A stretch of 64,000 bases of DNA from an uncultured Ruminococcus sp. (lineage in GTDB: Bacteria > Bacillota > Clostridia > Oscillospirales > CAG-272), in assembly GCA_964621755.1 (NCBI GenBank), contig CAZUPI010000004.1, positions 10,821 to 74,820 of the forward strand, given 5' to 3'. The translations under genes were made by a program, and so were the position numbers. Each line of letters opens with the position of its first letter. Positions within the stretch are counted from its first letter, which is position 1. The notes below the pieces were generated by a model. That model did no database searches. It was given only the letters and a program-made list of their open reading frames with translations, and was not told the DNA's origin. Of this stretch, positions 1 to 9,682 are shown piece after piece.

Positions 1-2
1 AC

Positions 3-311
3 CGACGCCGTTTTCCAAAGGAACTCTCCGGCGGTCAGCAGCAGCGGGTGGCGATTGCCCGGGCGATGATTAAAAACCCGAAACTTCTGCTCTGCGACGA
101 GCTGACTGGGGCACTTGACACCAAATCCTCTCGCAGTGTGCTGCAATTCGTGGAAAAGATGAACGACCAATTCGGCACGACGGTAGTAATCATTACGCAT
201 AATGAGACCATTGCCGGTATGGCTGACCGGGTGATTCGTCTGAAGGACGGTCAAATCATAGAAAACTGCAAAAACGAGACGAAAATTCCCGCTGCAGAAC
301 TGATTTTGTAA
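3..311 (+). CDS. ABC transporter ATP-binding protein, C-terminal part (5' end lies outside window)
   Basis: Frame is open from the window edge. Translation ...ELSGGQQQRVAIARAMIKNPKLLLCDELTGALD has the ABC signature LSGGQ and Walker B LLLCDE, plus an ITHN H-loop. An FtsX-type permease starts 13 nt downstream. Confidence 0.85.
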   Translation, partial: RRRFPKELSGGQQQRVAIARAMIKNPKLLLCDELTGALDTKSSRSVLQFVEKMNDQFGTTVVIITHNETIAGMADRVIRLKDGQIIENCKNETKIPAAELIL

Positions 312-323
312 GGGGGCGGCGGG

Positions 324-2549
324 ATGAAGTTGAACAAACGGTATGCCCGGAACATTCGGGAAAATCTCTCCTTCTACATATCCGCCACGGTACTCACCGT
401 CGTGACGCTGCTGTTGTACTTTCTCTTCAACATTGCGGGAAATGCGATTTTGGATTTCAGCGAGGAGTTCTTTGCCCGGAACCGACTGGAAGACGCCCAT
501 TTTTCCACCTACCTCCCGATACCTGACGAGGAGATTGCGGCACTGAAAAAAGAATATGCCCTCACGTTAGAGGCCCAGCATTATATCAATATAGAGACGG
601 ACGGTGTGACCGCGCGGGTTTTTGAACGCACAGAAAACGTGGACCTTTATGAGATTACTGTCGGCCGGAATGTGTCCGAGGACGACGAGATTGTCATATC
701 CGAAGGCTATGCGACGGCGAATAACGTCAATATCGGGGATAAGAGGAAGATAGGAGAACAGGAGTACGAAATCGTCGGGTTTATGCAGCGGCCGGACTAT
801 TTGTACATGCTGGAAAATGAGGACGACTCCTATAAGAACATTTCCACTTTTTATCTTTGCTACATGAGCGACGCAGCCTTTGAAAAACTGAATGCTGTCA
901 GCGTACAGTATCTTGTGCGATACGGGGACGATTCGGACGTGACGGGCTTTCGCCGTGCGGTGCATGAGCAGTATTACATGCGTGCATACAGTGCCGCCGG
1001 AGAGAATCCCCGCATTACCATGGTGGATGAGCAGGCGCGGATGTTTCTTGTAATGTCCTATGTGCTGCTGTGCATCCTGCCGCTCATTGCCGTTGCGCTA
1101 ATCAGCATTATTATCAGCCGCAAGGTCAAGAGCGAGCAGCGCATGATTGGCACGCTTTCGGCGATGGGCTACAAAAAAGGACAGCTCATGCGCCACTATG
1201 CGGGATTTGCTGTCCTGCCGGGATTGGTCGGCGGGATTCTCACTGCCGTACTTGCTAAAATTGGCGCCCAGCCGCTCAGCGAAATGGGTTTGGCAGACTA
1301 TGAACCTATGCGGATTGTGGGACATTTGAATGTGACGGAAGCCGTGCTGGGTGTTGTGATCCCTACGGCGATGTATGTACTGGCGGCGCTTTTATCCGTG
1401 CAAAGGCTGCTCAAAAAGGATACCGTCCTGTTGCTGAACGGCAGCGCTGACGGAGATAAAAAGAAGATGAAGCGTCTCTTTGTCGGGAGGAAGATGTCCT
1501 TCCGCGCGAAGCTGGCCTTCCGCTCCCTGCTCGGCAATCCCGCCCGCAGCTTTGTGGTGCTGCTGGGAGTGTTTCTCGGCTGCTTTATCGTGTTGCTGGG
1601 ACAGGCGTTCTTTGACTCCATCAACCATATGAGCAGTACGGCGGCAGAGGCGATTGGCAGCTTTGAACATGAGTACATCATGGGCGAGCTGCTTGACGAT
1701 AATCCCTACGGCGGCGAAACGATGCTTGTGTCCGCCATGGAAAACGAGAACGGAAAATCCATCTCCATTATCGGTACTTCTTCCGACAACCCCTATCTGA
1801 ATTTAAAGGATAAGGAGGGAGAGCCTGTCGCAATCGACGGCGGATATTATATTACCAGTCTTGCGGAGCTTGTTTTCGGTTGGCACGAGGGTGACCGTGT
1901 GACGGTATATAACCCGCTGTCGCTGGAAAGAAGCGAAATTACCATTTCCGGCGTGATTCAAAATAATGTGCAGAAAAGCATTGTTACCTCCAAAGGCTTT
2001 GCCGCGGAGCTGACAGGACTGGATGAAAACCGCTTCAACTGCATCGTCAGCGATAAGGCGCTTGCCATCCCTGAAGCGAAAATTGCGCAGGAGATTAAAT
2101 CCTCCTCCATCAACGACCAGGTAAAGGCCATGACCGAGCAGATGAATTTCCTGTTGTGGATGATTATCGGACTGGGCGTGATTATTTGCATTGCCGCTGT
2201 ATACGTGGCGGTGAATATGATGGTGACCGAGAGCCGTAACAATATTTCTATGCTCAAAGTGCTGGGATATCGGGATGGTCAGATTAATAAAATCGTCCTG
2301 CGTGCGCATCATATTCTACTGCCCATTGGCATTTTGCTGTCTATCCCCGTCACTTACGCGGTGTGCGGCGCATTTTTCAAAATGATGGTGGATTACGGTG
2401 TGATGCTCATTGATTCCTACGTCTCACCGAAAAGCTATGTGATTGCCATTGCTCTGACCGTTCTGTGCTATTTCGGCTCTCTGTGGCTGCTGCGCCGTAA
2501 GGTGAAGCGTGTCGACATGATTGAAAGTTTGAAGGACAATCGGGAATGA
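324..2549 (+). CDS. ABC transporter permease, FtsX/MacB-like with duplicated FtsX-type membrane domains
   Basis: 741-aa ORF directly after the ATPase. It has an N-terminal TM, large extracytoplasmic loops and two clusters of TM helices (around aa 240-330 and 620-740), as in double-FtsX permeases. Confidence 0.8.
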   Translation: MKLNKRYARNIRENLSFYISATVLTVVTLLLYFLFNIAGNAILDFSEEFFARNRLEDAHFSTYLPIPDEEIAALKKEYALTLEAQHYINIETDGVTARVFERTENVDLYEITVGRNVSEDDEIVISEGYATANNVNIGDKRKIGEQEYEIVGFMQRPDYLYMLENEDDSYKNISTFYLCYMSDAAFEKLNAVSVQYLVRYGDDSDVTGFRRAVHEQYYMRAYSAAGENPRITMVDEQARMFLVMSYVLLCILPLIAVALISIIISRKVKSEQRMIGTLSAMGYKKGQLMRHYAGFAVLPGLVGGILTAVLAKIGAQPLSEMGLADYEPMRIVGHLNVTEAVLGVVIPTAMYVLAALLSVQRLLKKDTVLLLNGSADGDKKKMKRLFVGRKMSFRAKLAFRSLLGNPARSFVVLLGVFLGCFIVLLGQAFFDSINHMSSTAAEAIGSFEHEYIMGELLDDNPYGGETMLVSAMENENGKSISIIGTSSDNPYLNLKDKEGEPVAIDGGYYITSLAELVFGWHEGDRVTVYNPLSLERSEITISGVIQNNVQKSIVTSKGFAAELTGLDENRFNCIVSDKALAIPEAKIAQEIKSSSINDQVKAMTEQMNFLLWMIIGLGVIICIAAVYVAVNMMVTESRNNISMLKVLGYRDGQINKIVLRAHHILLPIGILLSIPVTYAVCGAFFKMMVDYGVMLIDSYVSPKSYVIAIALTVLCYFGSLWLLRRKVKRVDMIESLKDNRE

Positions 2550-2631
2550 GGAGAGACGCTGGGGAACTGGCACGGCGCCGGAAAGACAGAATCGATGAAC
2601 GCAAGTTTTAGAAGAAAAAAGGAGATTTCAT

Positions 2632-3276
2632 ATGGAAGGCAATAGAACACAGGAAGAAATTACCCGTATAGGAAATCCGCGAAAGCCGCAGGGAGACGAG
2701 GGGGAGCAAATGCTCCGGCGTATGAATGACAGTCATGCGGCTCTGACGCAGTGGGCGCTGGATTTTTTCCGCTTTCAAGAAAGCGACCAGGTGCTTGATA
2801 TCGGCTGCGGAGGCGGCGCTACACTGGCGCGGATGGCAAAGCACATCGAAACAGGTCACCTGACCGGCGTCGATTATTCCCCAGTTTCCGTTGCCCTGTC
2901 GCGGGAATGGAATGCCGCCGATATTCACGTTGGCAAAATGGAAATTCTGGAGGCCTCGGTGGAAAGTCTGCCGTTTGAACAGGAGCGGTTTGATAAAATT
3001 ATAACGGTTGAGAGCTTCTATTTTTGGCCGAATCCGGCTGAAAATCTGAAAGAAGTCCTGCGCGTATTGAAAAAGGACGGTGTGTTTTTACTCGCAGCGG
3101 ATATCTACCAAAAAGAAGGCCTCAGCAAGGAGACCATGGAAAATATCCAAAAGTATAGTCTGTTCAATCCTACCCAGCAGGAATTTTGCACCCTGTTTGA
3201 ACAGGCGGGCTTTTCACAGATAAAGCCGCATACCCTAAGTGGAACCGACTGGATTTGCGTGGAGGGAACACGATAA
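2632..3276 (+). CDS. class I SAM-dependent methyltransferase
   Basis: AGGAG RBS precedes the ATG. Motif I VLDIGCGGGA and post-I/II spacing (LTGVDYS, ESFYFW) are typical of Methyltransf_11/25-type enzymes. Confidence 0.8.
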   Translation: MEGNRTQEEITRIGNPRKPQGDEGEQMLRRMNDSHAALTQWALDFFRFQESDQVLDIGCGGGATLARMAKHIETGHLTGVDYSPVSVALSREWNAADIHVGKMEILEASVESLPFEQERFDKIITVESFYFWPNPAENLKEVLRVLKKDGVFLLAADIYQKEGLSKETMENIQKYSLFNPTQQEFCTLFEQAGFSQIKPHTLSGTDWICVEGTR

Positions 3277-3365
3277 TACCGCGCCGAAATCCCCTGGACC
3301 CTGCGGATGTGTTCCGGGCAGAAGTGGCGCTTCGCGGACAGATCGAAAGGTTTGTATGAATTCCA

Positions 3366-4082
3366 TCATCGTGCCTCGGCAGCTTCTTCTTCATAGGCAA
3401 TCGCAATGTAGCCGAGCAAGCCGCCCCAGTGATAGAAATTGTTGCTGTTTGGTTTGTCGCAGCCCCAGCCGTCTGTGCCGTTGTAGTTTTCGTGAACGTC
3501 CATGAGCGGTCCATTCCTTCAGCAAGAGCGCACGGGAGCTTTCCGCCAGCAAGCTTCTTTTCCTTTTCCATTCCATCCTCGCACAGCGCTTCGTAGACGG
3601 GGAAATTCATCGCCGCCCAGAGCTCCTCCGGATTGCAGAGATACCGCGCCGACATGGACTCCTTCTGCCGCTCCGTCACATTCTTTGAAAAAGACTGTAA
3701 AGATTGGTCGGGGAAATTCTGTGGCTGAGCTTGCCTGTGGCGGCGTCACGGTTTTCGAAGATTCCGGCGTCCGGATTCCAAAAGGTCTGCATTGCAGCTT
3801 CGGTTTTATCAAGCCGTTCCTGCAGAACGGGAATTGCCTCCGGATGCCCGGCGATTTCCGCAAGCTCCATCAGACAGCGGCAGTCCTTGATGTAAAGCCT
3901 GGTCAGACCAACGTCGGACAGCAGCATACATTAACCAAAGCGCGGCAAAATAGGTATCCCAGCAGAAAGGACATATTCGCCCCATCCATCGCTCCACGAA
4001 CGGCTGACGGGGGAGCAAATGCGGTCGTGCTCCGGCTCGTAGACCGTATCCCACGCAAGACAGCTCTTCATGGCCTGAAATG
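3366..4082 (-). pseudogene. remnant of a six-hairpin (alpha/alpha)6 glycosidase (GH63/MGH1/trehalase-like), N-terminally truncated with multiple frameshifts
   Basis: Homology-like pieces lie in at least four different minus-strand frames. They read ...AWDTVYEPEHDRI.., FCWDTYFAALWLM, LLSDVGLTRLYIKDCRCLMELAEIAGHPEAIPVLQERLDKTEAAMQTFWNPDAGIFENRD..., TERQKESMSARYLCNPEELW, and my own translation of 3503..3366, [45 protein letters not shown]. No intact ORF exists. Confidence 0.55.
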
Positions 4083-5334
4083 TTATATCAGCTCCGCCTG
4101 TATTTCTGCGGCTGTGATTTCTCTGGGGGTCACGCCTTTTTTTACTGCCAGTGCAGCGGCAATTCCGGCGGCTTCCCCGATTCCCACGCAGATTGGCATG
4201 ACGCGGTAGTTGGAATGCGCTATATGCGTTCCGCTGATATTCCGTCCCGACAGCAGCAGTCCTTCCACGCCTTCGGGGAGAAGACAGCCATAAGGAATGG
4301 TGTAGCCCTTGGGCTGCTTCCACTGGTGCTGAATGCCGGTTGCGTCCAGCCCGGCGCCGGTCAGGTTGTGAACGTCAAAATTGAAGTGCGCGCCCCGGAC
4401 AACCCAATCGTCAAAAACGCGTGCGGTGAGAATGTCGTTTTCGTTCAGTGTGTACGCGCCCTTGAAGTGGCGGGTCTCACGAATGCCCATCAGAGAACCT
4501 GCGCTGATGATGTAGCAGTTCCGGAAGCCGGGGACGTATTCCCGGAGATATGCCACAATTGCGGGCATCTGGGAGCGGCATACCAGCTCAGCTCTGGTCA
4601 GGTCTTCCGCAAGTGTACCGTCGATTTCGGTGCAGTTGGTCATATTGCAGGTGACGATCCCCGGCAGGATAGGGGATATGCTTCTTTGCCACAGCCTGCA
4701 GTTCTCCGGCTGGGGTCTCATATGTAGACTCAAACGAGCCGAGGAAGACCGCGTGCTCCGTATCCACGCCGTCTACCTTGAACATTAGGGTTGCAGGCTG
4801 CATTTTTCCATCGCTCTCCCGTCCTTTGTAATACGGGACCCTGGCGAAGGCGGCAACGTCTCCGTCCCCTGTTCCGTCCACGAATATCTTTGCGGTAAAC
4901 ACACGCCGTCCGCTTTTGCTTTCGGTGATGACGCCTGTGATGCGGTTTTTGTCCATCACGACGCCGCAGACGAACGTGTACAGGAGGACGGTCACTCCTG
5001 CGTCCGCCAGCATCGCAAGATAGACGTCCTTGAGGTTTTCCGGATTGATGGTAGGCGTGATCTTCCCCTTTCTTTCGCCCTCATTCCGGTCTGCCATTGC
5101 CTGAAGCAGTTCGGTATAGAATTTGCTGTGTACCGTGCCGGTGAAATGGCTCATAAGACCCGAAGTCGAGATTCCGCCTACGACGTTGCTCCACTCGAGA
5201 AGCAGAACCCTAGCGCCATGCCGTCCGGCTTGAATAGCGGCGGACACGCCGGCGGGTCCGGAACCCGCAACGATAACGTCATACTCTCCCGCAACGGGAA
5301 GGTCTTTTGCCGGTTCATGAATATAGTTTGTCAT
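4083..5334 (-). pseudogene. FAD-dependent oxidoreductase (FAD_oxidored-type) split by one frameshift
   Basis: The N-part ORF 4588..5334 has the dinucleotide fold YDVIVAGSGPAGVSAAIQAG. The C-part ORF 4083..4733 continues the same family in another frame (..GIRETRHFKGAYTLNENDIL.., GRNISGTHIAHSNYRVMPICVGIGEAAG). The frames switch around 4650-4700, near C4/G4 runs at 4659-4662 and 4672-4675. Confidence 0.7.
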
Positions 5335-5355
5335 GTTGTTTCTCCTTGTAAATCA

Positions 5356-5730
5356 TCACGATTTTATATAATCCTCGCATGCTTGGATGTACGCGAGAAC
5401 GTTTTCAAGCGGTACTTCCGGTTCGAGCAGATGGGTCGGGCATACATAAAGTCCGCCGTGGCTTCCGGCAATATCAAGGTTTTTGAATACTTCACGACGT
5501 ACCTCATCCGGCGTACCGAACGGCATGACCGACTGGATCCCAATGGTTCCGTGAAAACTGAGACGGTCGCCGTATTCCTCGTGAATTCGCGCAAAATCCA
5601 TGCACTCCGGCTGTACCGGGTCGAGAACGTCGACTCCCGCTTCAATTAAATTCGGGATCAGTTCCGTTACGTGTCCGCAGGAATGATAGAAAATCACGAT
5701 TTCCGGGTTGATTGCCCCATGCGGCGTCAA
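5356..5730 (-). pseudogene. C-terminal fragment of a uroporphyrinogen-decarboxylase (URO-D/MtaA-like) family protein
   Basis: Translation ..INPEIVIFYHSCGHVTELIPNLIEAGVDVLDPVQPECMDFARIHEEYGDRLSFHGTIGIQSVMPFGTPDEVRREV..GGLYVCPTHLLEPEVPLENVLAYIQACE matches only the C-terminal third of URO-D family proteins. The N-terminal two thirds are absent. The boundary near 5730 is approximate. Confidence 0.6.
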
Positions 5731-6051
5731 GAGACCACATGCTCCGGAAGTCGCCGGCGCGCCTCGGAGCAAATCCGAAGGTACAGATAATCGCACCGGC
5801 CTCGTCGTTGACGGCAAACAGCCGGAGGGCGTTGTAATGCGTCCCCATGTTCGGGAGAAAGTTGTCTTTGTCATGCTGCGAAGTGCGGTGTGCAGCTTTT
5901 CTTTATCATAAATCTCGCCGATGCCGTTGATGTTCGCGTGCCACTGGGCAAGACACTGGTCAAGAGCGGAGCCGTCGCCAATCTGGTATTTGATTTCCCC
6001 GGATTCGTCGTTCCAGTAGCCGAGCGCATCGGGACCGAATGTTATGTATTC
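5731..6051 (-). pseudogene. internal fragment of a GH116 / GBA2-type beta-glucosidase-like protein, frameshifted
   Basis: My translation of the minus strand from 6051 reads EYITFGPDALGYWNDESGEIKYQIGDGSALDQCLAQWHANINGIGEIYDKEKLHTALRSM. It then continues in another frame as ..NMGTHYNALRLFAVNDEAGAIICTFGF. This fits the pattern DQL.GQW.AN..GLG.I.DKEK...AL.S....NF....R..ALNDEAG..ICT typical of GH116 catalytic domains. There is no start and no remainder of the roughly 800-aa protein. Confidence 0.55.
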
Positions 6052-6079
6052 TTATGTTTGAAATTACTTCGGACTTTCT

Positions 6080-8035
6080 TTATTCAAACATCTTCCGACT
6101 GCCGAATGCGTTGTAGATTTCTTCGAACCAGTTGTTGGTTGTTGGGACCGGGCGGACGGGGATGAAATCGTTGACGGCGGTGATTGCTTTGGAGGTGAGA
6201 AGGAGACGGGTGCGCTGGACTTTGGTGCGGTGGATTTGGTCGATTTCGGGCCGGTTTTCGATGAGGTAGGAGCCGCGTGAGGCGCCGCCGTCGTCGATGT
6301 AGGAAAGAATCGCGGACAGAACTGCACAGCGGGTGACGAGAGTGTCGTAGTTTATGGCGAGCTCTATCAGAGCAGCGTGGTCGGCGGCCCGATTTTTTGT
6401 GAAAAAGGACGAGAGTTCCTGCACGGTTTCGGTGTGGAGCGCGCGGACACCGGCGGGGGAGCGGAGAAAAGCCGCGTATTTGTCATGCAGAAGGGCGCTG
6501 TGTGCGCGTTTCGCAAGGACTTGGGTGCGGTCGAGCCTTACGCCGTCCGGGTCAGTCAGAAGATGCGAATATTTTGTGCATTCGGCGATTTGAGCAGTCA
6601 GGGCGTCTGACAGTATTTCGCCGGACTTTATATCAGGTGACATCGCGCATGCGCGTTCCGCCGCGCGGTAGGAGCCGACCTGCGTAGAATTAAGCGCAGA
6701 GCCGCCCGGTCGTTTGACGCCGAATACACCGCCGCACTCGCCGACCGGATAGAAATCACGGAGGGTGGGATTTTCGTACCAGATGTCGTTTTCGAGACCG
6801 CCGTTCATGTGCTGTGCCGCAACATGGATTTCGAGCATATCCCGCTCAAGGTCGACGCCGTGGTCAAGGCATACGCCATATGCGCGCTCGTTGATGGCGC
6901 GGAGACGCTTGATGGGGGTATCCTGCAGTGCGCCGGAGCTGAAGAGATAGTTGTATACTTCATCGCCCAGAGCTTCAGCGGTCATGGGAAGGTGGTCGAG
7001 GGAGGCGGGATTGCGGCGGAAATCCAGAAATACCCGTCTGCCTGCCATCGTTTCGTTGTATACTGCGATGTCGATAAGGGAGGAGCCCTCGCCGGGGGTC
7101 AGTTTTTCGGGATCGAAGGGCCACTGGTAGCCTTTGCGGAACACCGCTTTTATACTGCATAAAGGGGTGAATATATCGTATAAAAATTCACGTTCAGCTC
7201 CGGCGGAATCGATTGATATATAGCGCGGAATCGCCTGCTGAAACGAACCGGACAGGTTCCAGCGGAACGGTACCGAGGCGATGCCGTACTGGGATTCGGT
7301 CAGGTTTACAGCGGACGCACCGGCAAGAAGGGGGGCGCCGAGGGAGCAATTCTGGCTTTCCGGATAGACGGAGCTGTAGTACAGCGCGGAGGGACCGCCG
7401 GTTGCCCAAATTACGGCGCCGGACAGAAAAACTGTGAGCCCGGCGGGATTGTCAGGGGTAATCTCAGATTGAGAGAGGCAGACGACGCCGCGGGCATGAT
7501 TGTCTTCCGTCAGCACGTGGACCGCACGATAGCCGTCGTAAAGGGGGATTTTTGCGGAAAAACACGCCTTTTCGAGGGCTTCTGTCATGTATTTGGAGGT
7601 ATATGGTCCGCAGGAGGTAGCACGTCCGCGCTCGTCATGGTCGGTTTGGTAGCCGGGATATTCGCCGAAGCGGTCGTGGGGAAAGGGAACACCGAGGGCA
7701 ACCAATCCGAAGAAGGCGCGGAGAGAGCCTGCGGCTTCGGTCAGAGCGAGGTCCCCGTGCATGGAGCCCATAGAAAAGTAATCCTTTGCCATTTCCGCTG
7801 CGCTGTCGCTTTTGTAGGCGGACGTGGATTGTTTATAGTAGGTTTGTTTATCCGACCCGGTGTTGCGGGAGGTTCCCATCATTCGCCCTTCGGTGATGAC
7901 GGCTACCTCAGCGCCCAGCCGGTGTGCGGTCAAAGCGGCATTATATGCAGCCGCGCCGCTTCCGATTACGGCAATTTTGCATAAATATACAGAAACGCGA
8001 GTCCCTGCGACGGTGAGATATTTTTGATTTTTCAT
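6080..8035 (-). CDS. FAD-binding protein, fumarate-reductase/succinate-dehydrogenase-flavoprotein-like (FAD_binding_2 type), stand-alone
   Basis: Intact 651-aa ORF. It has an N-terminal Rossmann motif KIAVIGSGAAAYNAALTA, then EGRMMGTSRNTGSDKQ and ..IWATGGPSALY.. blocks typical of this flavoprotein superfamily. No Fe-S or membrane partner is adjacent. Confidence 0.65.
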   Translation of the reverse strand: MKNQKYLTVAGTRVSVYLCKIAVIGSGAAAYNAALTAHRLGAEVAVITEGRMMGTSRNTGSDKQTYYKQSTSAYKSDSAAEMAKDYFSMGSMHGDLALTEAAGSLRAFFGLVALGVPFPHDRFGEYPGYQTDHDERGRATSCGPYTSKYMTEALEKACFSAKIPLYDGYRAVHVLTEDNHARGVVCLSQSEITPDNPAGLTVFLSGAVIWATGGPSALYYSSVYPESQNCSLGAPLLAGASAVNLTESQYGIASVPFRWNLSGSFQQAIPRYISIDSAGAEREFLYDIFTPLCSIKAVFRKGYQWPFDPEKLTPGEGSSLIDIAVYNETMAGRRVFLDFRRNPASLDHLPMTAEALGDEVYNYLFSSGALQDTPIKRLRAINERAYGVCLDHGVDLERDMLEIHVAAQHMNGGLENDIWYENPTLRDFYPVGECGGVFGVKRPGGSALNSTQVGSYRAAERACAMSPDIKSGEILSDALTAQIAECTKYSHLLTDPDGVRLDRTQVLAKRAHSALLHDKYAAFLRSPAGVRALHTETVQELSSFFTKNRAADHAALIELAINYDTLVTRCAVLSAILSYIDDGGASRGSYLIENRPEIDQIHRTKVQRTRLLLTSKAITAVNDFIPVRPVPTTNNWFEEIYNAFGSRKMFE

Positions 8036-8212
8036 ATTTGTTTGATTGATTCTCCTCGTTTCTGCATCGCTTATTTCGGATATCCTGCGATCGTAGTCAT
8101 TATATCATACCGCTCCCAAAATAGCAAGCCGGGACGCGCAGTTTATAAAAAAGCTGATGCGAGCGCCGTGTCGGACTGTGTAAAATTATAGAAAAATTAA
8201 ATTTTAAATATA

Positions 8213-8241
8213 TTGACATAAGTGACGGGATGTTGTATAAT
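8213..8241 (+). promoter_or_regulatory. sigma-A type promoter (TTGACA-17-TATAAT)
   Basis: TTGACA at 8213-8218, an exactly 17-nt spacer, and TATAAT at 8236-8241. It lies about 48 nt upstream of the 8289 start. Confidence 0.6.
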
Positions 8242-8288
8242 TATAGTGTATAAGAAAAATTTGTAATTCCCATATGAAGGAGACGATT

Positions 8289-9617
8289 ATGAAAAACAGT
8301 GTAAGAAGACTTTCCGCTCTTCTCGCAGCGTTGACAATGGGTTCAGCTTTTGCTGTTACGGCTTCTGCGATAGACACAAATTTCATCAAGGTTTCGGGGT
8401 CTGGCACAACGAGCAGTTCAACGGAATACGCGATTTATGAAAACGGCGGTTACTACTTCAAAGGCTACTACTATATCGACGATGACGCGGTTGTATCAGA
8501 GGCCGCAAAAACAGTCGCATCGACTGGCGAAACAACGTATGTCCTCAAGAATGACAATTCTTGGATCAAGACCGGAACGAGCGGCATCCTGCCGTCCACT
8601 TCCACTTCTACCGTTACCAAAAGTCCTTCGACTGTTTTCGTAACAAAGCCGACTGCAACAAAATCGGTTTCCACCTACAAGAACTATTCCGTCATTAGCG
8701 GCGGCAAGTACTACTCTTACATGGACGCGGAGAGTGAACTCAAAAAGTACTTTGAGAATAACACCTATGCGATGTTCCTGTACGAAGGGGACGAGAGATT
8801 CTTCTGCTCCGATGTATACTTTGTAAGCACCGACAACGACGTTGTATATTATGATTACACCGAGGGCAAACTGGTGGCGAATGAAGCCGGTAACGCATAT
8901 GTTTACGTTTATACAAAGGGCGGCATACCGTTCTTCCGTCTAAACGTGTCTGTTATCCGTACCCTGTCCACGACCAGCAAACCGTCCGTAGTACAGCTCA
9001 TCCCCGATCAATGGCACCTCGACGAAGCGGGCGATACTACCGGCTTCACCATCAAGTGTGACCAGAAATATAATGCCAATGACTTCACCCTCTCCGTTGT
9101 ATACGGCAACGACATCGCGTCCATCGTCAATGGTAAGCTCAAGACCACAGGCTGCGGTCCGATCGTCGTTCGTGTAAGCAACAAGAGATACGGCAATGTG
9201 TACGGCGAAGCGCTCATTTATGTGGGCAAGTATGTTTCTTCGATTTATGACGGCTACTATACCACAACCGGCGGCAAGGTCGTAACAAAGTATTGGGACT
9301 ACGACATTTCCGACCTGTGCAATAGCTATATCGCCGGTTGGATTAAGTCCGATGAAGGTACGTTTATCCCGGTGATTAAAAAGAGCGCTGGCACGGTTGT
9401 CAATGCAGACGGCACCACAAAACAGACCACAGTGGTAAGCTATGAAAATGTGAGCGTAGCGGACCTCATTCGTCAGGCATACGGCGATAAAGAGGAGCTC
9501 GCAACCATCATCACAAAATACAATCTCGCAAAGAACGGCAAAACCGTTGTCAATTCCAGTGATGATTTTGACTACGTGAGATTCATCCTTTCGCAGGCAT
9601 ACAGCTTCGGCAAATAA
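8289..9617 (+). CDS. secreted protein of unknown function (signal peptide, Ser/Thr-rich linker)
   Basis: AAGGAG RBS lies 7 nt before the ATG at 8289 (the ORF-track start 8274 lacks an RBS). The signal peptide reads MKNSVRRLSALLAALTMGSAFAVTASA. A PSTSTSTVTKSPSTVFVTKPTATKS linker follows, and the remainder looks beta-rich. A terminator follows the gene. Confidence 0.6.
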   Translation: MKNSVRRLSALLAALTMGSAFAVTASAIDTNFIKVSGSGTTSSSTEYAIYENGGYYFKGYYYIDDDAVVSEAAKTVASTGETTYVLKNDNSWIKTGTSGILPSTSTSTVTKSPSTVFVTKPTATKSVSTYKNYSVISGGKYYSYMDAESELKKYFENNTYAMFLYEGDERFFCSDVYFVSTDNDVVYYDYTEGKLVANEAGNAYVYVYTKGGIPFFRLNVSVIRTLSTTSKPSVVQLIPDQWHLDEAGDTTGFTIKCDQKYNANDFTLSVVYGNDIASIVNGKLKTTGCGPIVVRVSNKRYGNVYGEALIYVGKYVSSIYDGYYTTTGGKVVTKYWDYDISDLCNSYIAGWIKSDEGTFIPVIKKSAGTVVNADGTTKQTTVVSYENVSVADLIRQAYGDKEELATIITKYNLAKNGKTVVNSSDDFDYVRFILSQAYSFGK

Positions 9618-9641
9618 TAAACGGAAGGAATGCAAAAAAAT

Positions 9642-9672
9642 TACCCGGATGTATTTCCGGGTATCTTTTTTG
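9642..9672 (+). terminator. rho-independent terminator
   Basis: Stem TACCCGGA / TCCGGGTA followed by TCTTTTTTGG, 25 nt after the stop at 9617. Confidence 0.7.
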
Positions 9673-9682
9673 GGAGGAAAAA

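Noticed and set aside
3502-4727. Plus-strand ORFs 3502..4209 (235 aa) and 4080..4727 (215 aa)
   Set aside because: They lie antisense to the glycosidase remnant and the frameshifted FAD oxidoreductase. Their composition is Arg/Ala/Pro-rich with no motifs. The minus-strand frames carry the recognisable homology.
6064-6327. 87-aa minus-strand ORF rich in Pro/Ser/Thr/Lys
   Set aside because: It is an alternative frame overlapping the 3' end of the intact 651-aa FAD-binding gene and is low-complexity, so likely spurious.
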